NCBI GenBank assembly: GCA_947066955.1
Contig: CAMTAF010000004.1
Coordinates: 484-64,483 of the forward strand
Origin: an uncultured Hungatella sp.
GTDB taxonomy: Bacteria; Bacillota; Clostridia; Lachnospirales; Lachnospiraceae
DNA: 64,000 nucleotides
Direction of reading: 5' to 3'
The translations under genes were made by a program, and so were the position numbers. Positions 45,954 through 54,600 of this stretch are shown here, in pieces. A model generated the notes under the pieces. It was not told the DNA's origin. It was given only the letters and a program-made list of their open reading frames with translations, and searched no databases. Position 1 is the stretch's first letter; every line of letters begins with the position of its first letter.

Positions 45954-46273
45954 TTGTTTTCCCTCCTGTAATTATCCTGTAATTCCTTGGCAAAAGCCAG
46001 GGCCTTCTCCCCGTTCATCTCGCTGTAAATGGACACCGGGATCACGTCTACGGGAATGTTTTTTGGCCCGCAGAGAGCCCTGGCCTTTTTCAGAGCCAGA
46101 CGGGACTGGGGGCCGAGAAGAGCCACATCCACGCCGTCCAGACATTTTTCCATATCCGACTCCGCGTAAGCCCTGATGTCTATGTCCTCCCCGCCCCTTG
46201 CCGCCGCCTCTCTCATGCGGTTTACCAGAAGGCTGGTGGACATTCCCGCCACACAGAACAATCTGATCTTCAT
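45950..46273 (-). CDS. PTS Lac/Cel-family EIIB
   Basis: LFCVAGMSTS, LLGPQ; ATG 46273. Confidence 0.9.
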   Translation of the reverse strand: MKIRLFCVAGMSTSLLVNRMREAAARGGEDIDIRAYAESDMEKCLDGVDVALLGPQSRLALKKARALCGPKNIPVDVIPVSIYSEMNGEKALAFAKELQDNYRRENK

Positions 46274-46590
46274 CTGGCTCTCTCCTCCTTCCTCCTGTAC
46301 AGCTCCACGATCTCCCCGGCTAAGTCCCGGACCGTGATGGCGCCCATGAGATGGTCCTGAGCATGGACCATGAGAAGGCTCACGCTGCCCTGCCCCTCCC
46401 GCAGATCCTCCTGGAGCAGATCGGTCTGGTCGCTGTGGGCGCTGGCCAGAGTCCGGCTGCTCTGCTCTAAGAGAACCGCCGCCCGGGCAAACTTCCCCTC
46501 CCTGGCAGCCTCGATGGCCTCCATGGCAGCGCACCTGGCGTCGCCTCCCTGGATCACCAGTTTCAGAATTCTCCGCTCCTCTTCACTCAT
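46270..46590 (-). CDS. PTS Lac/Cel-family EIIA
   Basis: GGDAR, AH..QT.LLQ, LMVHAQDHLM. Confidence 0.92.
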   Translation of the reverse strand: MSEEERRILKLVIQGGDARCAAMEAIEAAREGKFARAAVLLEQSSRTLASAHSDQTDLLQEDLREGQGSVSLLMVHAQDHLMGAITVRDLAGEIVELYRRKEERAR

Positions 46591-46759
46591 GGTCTCTTGC
46601 CTCTCCTTCTCATGACTCTAAAATTGCCTTAAAGAATTACCGTACCTGTATTCTACCAAAATCCCACCTCCACCTCCATTGAGGTTATTACCGCTGCGGT
46701 TCCGGTAAAATTTCGTTCTGCCTCACAGGCAGATTCTTCCGTCCCCCTGAAACAACCGG

Positions 46760-48652
46760 TTACTCTGCCTCAAAAAGCACCTTCAGAAGGGTCTCATATC
46801 TTCTGCTCCCGATGATTTCTCCCACCTTCTCCGGTGACAAAAGTACTCGGGAGGTGATCTCATAAAACTTCTGCACCCTCTCCTCCATGCTATCGGTGAG
46901 AGCCACCAGCACCACCAGCTGCACCTGGTTTCTGGACCATGTCACCGGCTCCTCTAAGACTGCCGCGGCCACAATATTCCGGTCCACCATGACCCTGGCC
47001 GGATGGGGGATCGCCACTAAGTTTCCATAGTCCGTGGCCCCCAGCTCCTCCCTCTCCAGGACAGAAGAGGCAAATTCCTTTGGCAGAGGATAATACCTTC
47101 GGATCTCCCGGCACATCTCCCGGATAACCTCCTCCCTGGTACTCCCTCTCACATGGGGAAAGAAAAACTCCTTCCGGTAAAACTCCAGAAGGAACTGCCT
47201 GTCCCCGTTCTCCAGGGTCCTCCTGGCCGCCAGCAGATCCCCGTACTCCAAAAAATCGTGGATCTCGATGACTGGAACCTGCACCTCCCTGTAGATGGGA
47301 ACCGTGGCAAAGACATAATCCACCTGGGTCAGATCAAAATCCTCCAGCTCGTACACATTGCACACAAACACCTGATCCAGATAATCCCCGAACTCCTTTT
47401 TCAGCTGATACAAGAGCATCTGGGAACTGGCACGGCCGCTGGCGCACACCAAAAGCACATTCTTTTTCTCGGTCCGGCTGCCTCGCTCCTCTAAGGCCAG
47501 GGCAAAAAGAAAAGCCAGAAATCCCACTTCCTCCTCCGGTATGTCCCTGCCGTAATACTTCTTCAGCACACCGCTTCCCTGGACAGCCACAGAGTAGGCG
47601 AGAAGATATTTCTGCTGGATCCCCGCCAGGAGAGGATTGTCGATCTCGATCCCGTATCTCATGCGGATATCCATAGACACCAGATGCTGGTTCAGCATCA
47701 TTCTCAAGTTCAGATTATCCCGAAACTCCATGTGAAAGGCCTGATACACGGATTCCAGCATATCCACCACCATGCGGTCGATCCGTTCCGAGATGACAAA
47801 ATTGCTCTTACCCGAGCCATGAATCCTCTTTCCTGCCAGAAAGATCCCCAGAAACCAGATCTCCGCCTCCCCTGCCGCAATCCCCCTCTCCTCCTGAAGC
47901 TTCTCCACGATCCGGGAGGCCAGGCGCCGTTCCTCCTGCCCCAGATCGCCGTGACACTCCTGCAGCTCCCGGATCACAAACCCTCTCTCCATCCGCCCCG
48001 CCGCCACATGGATATACTCCAAAATGCTCTCAAATGACATCTCCGAAAACCGGATATGTTCCTCCCGCATCTGCTCCAGCAAAAACCGCGCCATATCCTG
48101 ATCCTTGATCCTGCGCTTTCTCTCCTGTTCCGTGTACTGATCCTCCACCCTCTTCCGGTTTTCCATGATGCACCGCCGGATATCAAACTCTTTTCCCCGG
48201 ATCCGGACTCCGTAAGCCGGCTTTCTCTGGATCTCAATGTGAAATTTCCCAAGCCGGGCCTCCACCTGCTTCATCTCCCCGGACAAGGTGCTTCTTGATA
48301 TGTAGAGAAACTCACAGATATCGTCGAATTTAATATAATCCTCCCGGTTTAAGAGCATGGCCAGAAGATACTCAATCCGACCCGCCGGAGTGTCGGGAAG
48401 CCCCTTTTCCTCCCCCGCCTTCAGCTCCTCCAGCCATTGCCCAAACCGCCCCGGCTCCTCTGCCTGAATCCGGAAGCCCTGTCCCTTTTTGGAGATCAGC
48501 CGCCCGCCCCGGCTCTCGATCTCCGGCTTCATCTCCTTTAACCGAACCCTGACAGTCTTCTCACTGACCCCCCACAGCCGGGCCAGCTCTCCGGCTGTCC
48601 GAAACCCTTCTTCTGCCAGACACCGCAAAACCAGGATTTTCCCGTCCCCCAT
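46760..48652 (-). CDS. LicR/BglG-type PRD transcriptional regulator
   Basis: VSEKTVR HTH, ISRSTL, LVCASG EIIB, AIPH EIIA. Confidence 0.88.
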   Translation of the reverse strand: MGDGKILVLRCLAEEGFRTAGELARLWGVSEKTVRVRLKEMKPEIESRGGRLISKKGQGFRIQAEEPGRFGQWLEELKAGEEKGLPDTPAGRIEYLLAMLLNREDYIKFDDICEFLYISRSTLSGEMKQVEARLGKFHIEIQRKPAYGVRIRGKEFDIRRCIMENRKRVEDQYTEQERKRRIKDQDMARFLLEQMREEHIRFSEMSFESILEYIHVAAGRMERGFVIRELQECHGDLGQEERRLASRIVEKLQEERGIAAGEAEIWFLGIFLAGKRIHGSGKSNFVISERIDRMVVDMLESVYQAFHMEFRDNLNLRMMLNQHLVSMDIRMRYGIEIDNPLLAGIQQKYLLAYSVAVQGSGVLKKYYGRDIPEEEVGFLAFLFALALEERGSRTEKKNVLLVCASGRASSQMLLYQLKKEFGDYLDQVFVCNVYELEDFDLTQVDYVFATVPIYREVQVPVIEIHDFLEYGDLLAARRTLENGDRQFLLEFYRKEFFFPHVRGSTREEVIREMCREIRRYYPLPKEFASSVLEREELGATDYGNLVAIPHPARVMVDRNIVAAAVLEEPVTWSRNQVQLVVLVALTDSMEERVQKFYEITSRVLLSPEKVGEIIGSRRYETLLKVLFEAE

Positions 48653-48790
48653 CGCTTTCACCTCACGCCAGTCCGTGTTTCTTTGGTCTTCTGAAAATAC
48701 TATAGCAAATACGGAAATTTTCTGTTAGAATAAAAATATATGAATTAGAAATATTCTACGATACCATTCAGAAAAAAAAAGGAGGCCCCC

Positions 48791-49984
48791 ATGACACTCC
48801 CTGAAGCCTGCTCCTTTTTGCAGGACCTCACCCAGGTCCCCGCCACCCTGCTGTCCGGCGAGAGACAGCAGGCCCTGTTTTGTTCTGCCTACCGCTTCCA
48901 CCCTGTTCAGAACTACTTAAACCCCCATGCCCTGGAGTCCTTTCTGGCTCACTTAAGCCCCGGCCGGATCGTCCACCTCACCGATCCCCTGGGAATCCAT
49001 TTTTTCTTCACAACGGCCGACCATGTCCCTGTGGTTCTGGGGCCCTTCTGCACGGAACTTCTCACCGTGGCCGACTGCCACGCCATCTTCCGGGGCCTTG
49101 GCCCTCTCCGCCTTCCGGTCAACGACTACCTGGCCTACCGCAGCCCCTTTCCCGTCATCGAGGACAGGCAGGTCCTCCACCTGACCAGGTGCCTTCTAAA
49201 GAGCCTGGGCATTGCCTGCGACGATTGGGAAGTTCTGGCCCTGAACTGCCAGGCCTCCGACCCTCCTGATTCCGACGACCGGAAAATTTACCGGCCCTAC
49301 TCCGAGCTGGTGGTGGAGCGCTATGCCGCGGAGCAGCGGCTTATGGAAAATATCTCTCTGGGAAACCGGTTCGCCGCCATCGCCAACTGGCGGGATCTTC
49401 ACAATTACGTCGCCTACCGGAGAGACCCGAAAAATATCGGGTATACCATAGAAAACGCCAGACTGTCGGCCGCCATCACCAGAACCGTCATCCGCGTGGC
49501 GGCCATAAAAGCAGGGATTCCGGCTGTCCTAAACGACAAAATCTCCGGGGAGAGCGCCGCCATCATAAGAAACGCTTCCTCCATCGAGGAGATCAATAAA
49601 GAACACGAGCGGCTCATCAGCGAATACTGCCGGATCATCTACGACCACAGAACCATGGGCTACAGCGGCCTCATCTTGAGCGCCATCTACCATATGGAGC
49701 ACCACTATTCCCAGCCCGTCACCGTGGCCGCCCTGGCAAAAGAGCTGGAGGTCTCCCCCAACTATCTGACCAGCCGTTTCCACAGAGAAACCGGCCTGAC
49801 CCCCACGGCCCGCCTCACCCGGGTCCGCATGGGTCAGGCTGCCTGGAATCTGGCCAACACCAGGCTCTCCATCCGCCAGGTCAGCGAGCAGGTGGGGATC
49901 CTGGATTCCAACTATTTTGTGAAGCTGTTTAAGAAGGAATATGGGGAGACTCCCAGCAAGTACCGGGAGAGGATGGGGCTGTAG
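48791..49984 (+). CDS. AraC family transcriptional regulator
   Basis: C-terminal LAKELEVSPNYLTSRF...QVG..DSNYFVKLFKKEYGETPSKYR. Confidence 0.9.
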   Translation: MTLPEACSFLQDLTQVPATLLSGERQQALFCSAYRFHPVQNYLNPHALESFLAHLSPGRIVHLTDPLGIHFFFTTADHVPVVLGPFCTELLTVADCHAIFRGLGPLRLPVNDYLAYRSPFPVIEDRQVLHLTRCLLKSLGIACDDWEVLALNCQASDPPDSDDRKIYRPYSELVVERYAAEQRLMENISLGNRFAAIANWRDLHNYVAYRRDPKNIGYTIENARLSAAITRTVIRVAAIKAGIPAVLNDKISGESAAIIRNASSIEEINKEHERLISEYCRIIYDHRTMGYSGLILSAIYHMEHHYSQPVTVAALAKELEVSPNYLTSRFHRETGLTPTARLTRVRMGQAAWNLANTRLSIRQVSEQVGILDSNYFVKLFKKEYGETPSKYRERMGL

Positions 49985-50102
49985 ATCGGCATCTTGATAA
50001 AAGAAATATTTTGACTTGATATAATTCGGAGAAGTGCATATAATACAATTAGCTAAGTTAGTCAAAATGTTTGCATAAGAAATCATGATTGGAGGAATCG
50101 AT

Positions 50103-50345
50103 ATGACTCAGGTAAATATGTTGGAAGCGAAGACCGATTTATCAAAGCTGGTAAAGCTGCTTGAATCGAAACAAGAAGAGGTGATTTATCTGGCGAGAAA
50201 CGGGAAAGCAGTTGTTCAGATGACACTGATCCCAAAGAAACCTGTATGCAAGCGAATCGGCGTAGCAGAAGGACAGTTTAAGGTTCCAGATGAGTTTGAT
50301 AAATGGGATAAAGAAATTGAGGATATGTTCGGAGGAGAGGTATGA
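50103..50345 (+). CDS. Phd/YefM family antitoxin
   Basis: VNMLEAKTDLSKLV...LARNGKAVV; promoter TTGATA-17-TATAAT at 50016-50044. Confidence 0.85.
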   Translation: MTQVNMLEAKTDLSKLVKLLESKQEEVIYLARNGKAVVQMTLIPKKPVCKRIGVAEGQFKVPDEFDKWDKEIEDMFGGEV

Positions 50346-50746
50346 AGATCTTGTTGGACACATACATTCTTCTATGGGTGATTTCCAATGACATGAAACT
50401 GCCGGAAAAGGCAAGGAAATTGATTGAAAACGAGGAGAATGAAATATATTACAGTATTGTTTCTCTATGGGAAGTGGAGCTGAAAAGACTGGCGCATCCT
50501 GATGCAATGCCTGTCTCCGCGGAGCAACTGGCAGAATACTGCGATCGGTCAGGATTCCAAAGGATATTGATCAGAGAAAAACATATTTACGCTTTGGCGG
50601 GATTAAAACGGGATGAAAATGCCCCGCCGCACAAGGATCCATTTGACCGAATGCTGATTTGCCAGGCTTCTGCCGAAAATATGATGTTTATCACACATGA
50701 TTCACAGATACCAGGCTATAATGAGCCTTGTATTCTGGCCGTTTAG
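50342..50746 (+). CDS. VapC/PIN toxin
   Basis: ILLDTYILLW, SIVSLWEV, HKDPFDRMLICQA, ITHD; ATGA overlap with antitoxin. Confidence 0.88.
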   Translation: MKILLDTYILLWVISNDMKLPEKARKLIENEENEIYYSIVSLWEVELKRLAHPDAMPVSAEQLAEYCDRSGFQRILIREKHIYALAGLKRDENAPPHKDPFDRMLICQASAENMMFITHDSQIPGYNEPCILAV

Positions 50747-51170
50747 AGCCTCAAAGATGGGCATCTTTTTCCGTTTTTGGCCCAAAGCAATGGAGTAGGA
50801 TTGTAATCGCCCTGGTATTTCAGTGCGTGAAAGCCTTCTGGATGCCCCACGGCCGGTATTTTGCGTTCCTCTCCGCTTTCCGCCGGTATCCCAAACTGGC
50901 CGTTCTTTCCTGCTGCTGCGCCGCCGGATGGAGAAGCTGGACGGCGTGGAGGTTGGCATTGACCCCATGGGATGCGAGATCGATTTCCGCTATTTCGGGA
51001 TGGATTGGCCCAAAATGGAGAAATGGTATGTCTTTAGGGGGGAGGCGGAATAGGGGGCAGTCGGCCATTTCTTTCCCCGCCATTCATTTCTTTCCCCCAA
51101 AACTTTCTGTAGTATTATCCAAAAGGTTGTGATAAAATCATAGTATAAAAAAGACCGGGGAGGTGTTGCT

Positions 51171-52334
51171 GTGGCCGGGGTCAGTGTTCATGTAAAACCG
51201 GAAATCATCAGCTGGATCCTAAATACTGTTCAGTTTGAAGAAATCACAGGATCCGCCATGGAATTGTTACGTAAATGGCAGACTGGGGAAAAAATTCCTA
51301 CCTTTAATCAAATTGAAGATATGAGCAAAAAAACAATGATTCCTTTTGGCTACTTTTTTCTTGAAAAGCCGCCAGTGGAGAAATTCCCACTTGTTGAATA
51401 TCGCACAATCGGCAGTACCTCTGCCTTAGAGCCAAGCAGAAATCTTATTGATACCATTGATTTAATGACGGATGTTCAGGAGTGGATGGTTGACTATGTG
51501 ACCACAAATGGGCAGGAGAAACTAGAGTATGTGGGAAGTGCGGCAGGTGTCACAGATATCCTGACCATTGTAAAAGATATCAGGAAACGATTGGATATCA
51601 ATGTCTCCTGGTGTGCTGACAGGCAAAGCGCAAAAGAAGCTTTTCGCTTTATTAGGGAAAAAATAGAGAATATTCATATCCTGGTTATGATGAGCGGGAT
51701 CGTCGGGAATAACAGCCGAAGAAAGCTGAATGTGGACGAATTCAGGGCCTTTACTCTTGTAAATCCGTTCACACCATTAATTTTTATTAATTCCTGTGAC
51801 AGTGATACAGGAAAATTATTTTCTATTGTCCACGAACTGACCCATGTATGGATAGGAGAAAACAGTCTTTATAATGCCAAGAACAACGATTATTTTATAG
51901 ATCATGGAACAGAAAGGTTTTGCAACGCGGTCGCGGCAGAGCTACTAGTTCCTACAGAACTCTTTGAAGAGAAATGGAAAAATAGCGGCAGCACAACTGC
52001 CGAAAAAATTGAAAAAACAGCAAAAATTTTCAGATGCAGCAGGCTGGTGGTGGCACGTAAAGCTTTCGATTGCGGAAAAATATCCAAAGTTGTCTATGAC
52101 CAGACTATAAAAGAGCTGACAATAAAATACAAAGAATGGCAGGAGCGCCAAAAAAGAAATAAGGATTCCGGCGGAGATTATTATCGAAATCTGGCCAGTA
52201 AAATAGATAGAAATTTTGTCACCGCATTGGCAAGAAGCATCTATGAGGGAAGAACACAATATACAGAAGCATACCGGCTTACGAATACAAATCGCAAGAC
52301 TTTTGAGAGGCTTTTGGAGGCAATTAGCGACTAA
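51171..52334 (+). CDS. HTH plus ImmA/IrrE (Peptidase_M78) metallo-endopeptidase
   Basis: N-terminal HTH (KWQTGEKIPTFNQI, IPFGYFF), EFRAF, IFIN, HELTH (HExxH), ERFCNAVAAELL; AT-rich. Confidence 0.9.
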   Translation: MAGVSVHVKPEIISWILNTVQFEEITGSAMELLRKWQTGEKIPTFNQIEDMSKKTMIPFGYFFLEKPPVEKFPLVEYRTIGSTSALEPSRNLIDTIDLMTDVQEWMVDYVTTNGQEKLEYVGSAAGVTDILTIVKDIRKRLDINVSWCADRQSAKEAFRFIREKIENIHILVMMSGIVGNNSRRKLNVDEFRAFTLVNPFTPLIFINSCDSDTGKLFSIVHELTHVWIGENSLYNAKNNDYFIDHGTERFCNAVAAELLVPTELFEEKWKNSGSTTAEKIEKTAKIFRCSRLVVARKAFDCGKISKVVYDQTIKELTIKYKEWQERQKRNKDSGGDYYRNLASKIDRNFVTALARSIYEGRTQYTEAYRLTNTNRKTFERLLEAISD

Positions 52335-52746
52335 TTTAGAGCTGGATTCCGTATATCTTTTAGATGTGGCTAAGTATGAAATAGCGAAAGGTGAGGATAA
52401 ACTGTCTCTGTGGTTTGACTCACTTTCTCATGTAAATACAATTGACAGAAGGAATTCAGAAATTATTGCCAAATACAAAGAGATATTAAGTTTTTTGCAG
52501 AATAGCCCATTGTATTCAGAGAAAGCGCTAAGAAATTGGGCAAACATAAATGTAGCTGACCCATGGCTCATTGCCGCGTCAAGCGCATTGGGATATACAC
52601 TGGTTACCTTTGAAACCTCTGCGGGAACGATCTCTGTAAATAGTCCAAGCGGTAAACCCAAGATACCAGATATAGCGTTGAAGTTTAATGTAAAATGTGT
52701 AAATTTGTTCTATTTTATGCGGAAAATGGGGATTGTATGGGCATAA
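52306..52746 (+). pseudogene. DUF4411 (PIN-like) gene lacking its 5' end
   Basis: GFWRQL...LLDVAKYEI..GED...ADPWLIA...VTFE...KIPD..; no N-terminal L(I)DAN strand; the upstream ATG (52216) gives an unrelated sequence overlapping the protease. Confidence 0.6.
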
Positions 52747-53042
52747 AAAACCTATCGGACGTGAATACCGTCTGTTCCCTGCCCGCCTCCCCCCCGTTCT
52801 GTTCCCCAAATCTTCCGAATTTCATTATTCAACCTGTTGCGAAACCCCCAAATACATATTATAATTACTATAAAGCTCTATGGCCGCAGGCGGTCTGAAT
52901 CCGGGGATACTTTATGGCTCGGAACACGCTCGCTCCGGGGGAGTCGGCGCCCGCCATAGTTCACGCGCGGCGGTGTATCTGCTGCCGGGCGCATAGGGTA
53001 TTATGAAGGTCTGCCAAGGGGCAGACGCCACAAGAAGGAGAG

Positions 53043-53804
53043 ATGTTTATGAGGGGGAAAGTATATGCGCTGTCAGATCTTCACGGACATTATGACGCCC
53101 TCTGCGCCATGCTGAAAAAAATAAACTTCAGTGATGATGACACGCTGTATATATTGGGGGACTGCAACGATAGAGGCGAGAAAGCCATGGAGATCTATCA
53201 TTTTATCCAGCAGCATCAGGACAATGTCTTTTTGTTAAAGGGAAACCACGAGCTGATGATGCGGGATTTTCTCATAAAAAATGACTGGACGTGTCCCCAG
53301 GGAAGGATCTGGCAGTGCAACGGCGGCGACAAGACTATGGAACAGATGGATCAGTTCCTGAAAAAGGGATGCGAAAACAAAAAAGACTTTGAGTGCAAAA
53401 GGACGGAATTTAGAGGCTGGCTTATCAAATATGTCAACTCCCTGCCCAGCTACATTGAAGTGAATGTGGGCGGTCAGGCCCTGGTGCTCATCCATGCGGG
53501 GATTGACCCGGAACGCCCTCTTCACGAACAGGACGAAGAGATCTGCGCCTGGATCCGGGAATGGTTTTACATGTCACCGGCCCTCAAGGGCAAGACCATC
53601 GTGTTCGGCCACACACCTCTGTGCCATCTGAACGGCGGCGAGAATTTCGATGTGTGGTTCGACCCTTACTATCACGATAAGATCGGCATTGACGGCGGTC
53701 TTGGGCCATTTGACAACGGGCAGCTCAACTGCCTCTGTCTCAATGACATGTCAGTGACAGTGATTAAGAAAAAAGATCTGGAAGTGAAAAAGGAGGCTGT
53801 GTGA
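53043..53804 (+). CDS. PPP-family (PrpA/lambda-type) metallophosphoesterase
   Basis: SDLHG, GDCNDRG, GNHE, IHAG, FGHT, IDGG. Confidence 0.9.
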   Translation: MFMRGKVYALSDLHGHYDALCAMLKKINFSDDDTLYILGDCNDRGEKAMEIYHFIQQHQDNVFLLKGNHELMMRDFLIKNDWTCPQGRIWQCNGGDKTMEQMDQFLKKGCENKKDFECKRTEFRGWLIKYVNSLPSYIEVNVGGQALVLIHAGIDPERPLHEQDEEICAWIREWFYMSPALKGKTIVFGHTPLCHLNGGENFDVWFDPYYHDKIGIDGGLGPFDNGQLNCLCLNDMSVTVIKKKDLEVKKEAV

Positions 53805-53805
53805 T

Positions 53806-54567
53806 ATGGATGTGCTTTTGGCAAGGATTCTCAAGTATTTAAACGGAGCCCTGTTCTACGACGACTACTACAAATTCTGCACCTACATCGTGGACCATTA
53901 TCTGGAGATGGAATCCGTGACCAAGGAGAGAATCCTCTCTGAGACCGGAATTGATGAGAAGAATCTGGATGATTTTGTCCGCCGTTTAGGCCATGATTTT
54001 GACTGGGAGACCTTTCACAGGACTTTTGTCCAGCACCACCTCACCCGCTTAGATCAGATACGGGGGCGGATGGTAGGACTGCGGGCCGCTGACCTTGTGA
54101 AGGATATGAAAAAAGATATGACCGATGAGGAGATGTTAAACTATATCTCCGTGATCTGTGAAGAGATTGAGTTCCACAAGCGGATTGTCATCGTGGGGGC
54201 TCTCTACCCCATGTCCATTGCCGTGGAGTTCCAGACAGACCTGATCACTTTTGGGAAAAATGTGATTCAGTTCCACACCTTCGACCCCACTATGATGTTC
54301 ACGGAAGACGACATGCTGATCTTCATCTCCGCTACAGGAAGAGCCATGAAGGGCTTCCTCAAGGACAGGGGCAACTTAAACCCAGACGCGGCCACAAGCC
54401 TTCTGATCACTCAGAATCCCATTTACACCAGGCCCGAACACAGAATCAGCAGTTTTGTCCTGCGGCTTCCCGGAAGATATGACGGGCTGGACTTCAATCA
54501 TCAGCTGATGCAGATCTTTGACCTGATCCGCATTCAGTATTATCAAAAGTATTATTTGGGGATGTAA
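53806..54567 (+). CDS. Divergent RpiR-like protein (HTH plus SIS-like)
   Basis: YKFCTYIVDH...ETGIDEKNLDDFVRRLG resembles the RpiR HTH; LIFISATGR resembles the SIS loop. Confidence 0.55.
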   Translation: MDVLLARILKYLNGALFYDDYYKFCTYIVDHYLEMESVTKERILSETGIDEKNLDDFVRRLGHDFDWETFHRTFVQHHLTRLDQIRGRMVGLRAADLVKDMKKDMTDEEMLNYISVICEEIEFHKRIVIVGALYPMSIAVEFQTDLITFGKNVIQFHTFDPTMMFTEDDMLIFISATGRAMKGFLKDRGNLNPDAATSLLITQNPIYTRPEHRISSFVLRLPGRYDGLDFNHQLMQIFDLIRIQYYQKYYLGM

Positions 54568-54600
54568 GGATTACAAATATGAAAACCAGGGGGGTATTAT

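Noticed and set aside
50823-51053. 76-aa ORF between VapC and the ImmA/IrrE gene
   Set aside because: No convincing SD or recognisable motif; may be a 3' remnant but cannot be supported
52892-52945. c-di-AMP (ydaO) riboswitch, suggested by GAATCC, GGGATAC and CTCCGG
   Set aside because: The central helices are missing and P1 does not pair; kept only as an unassigned structured leader
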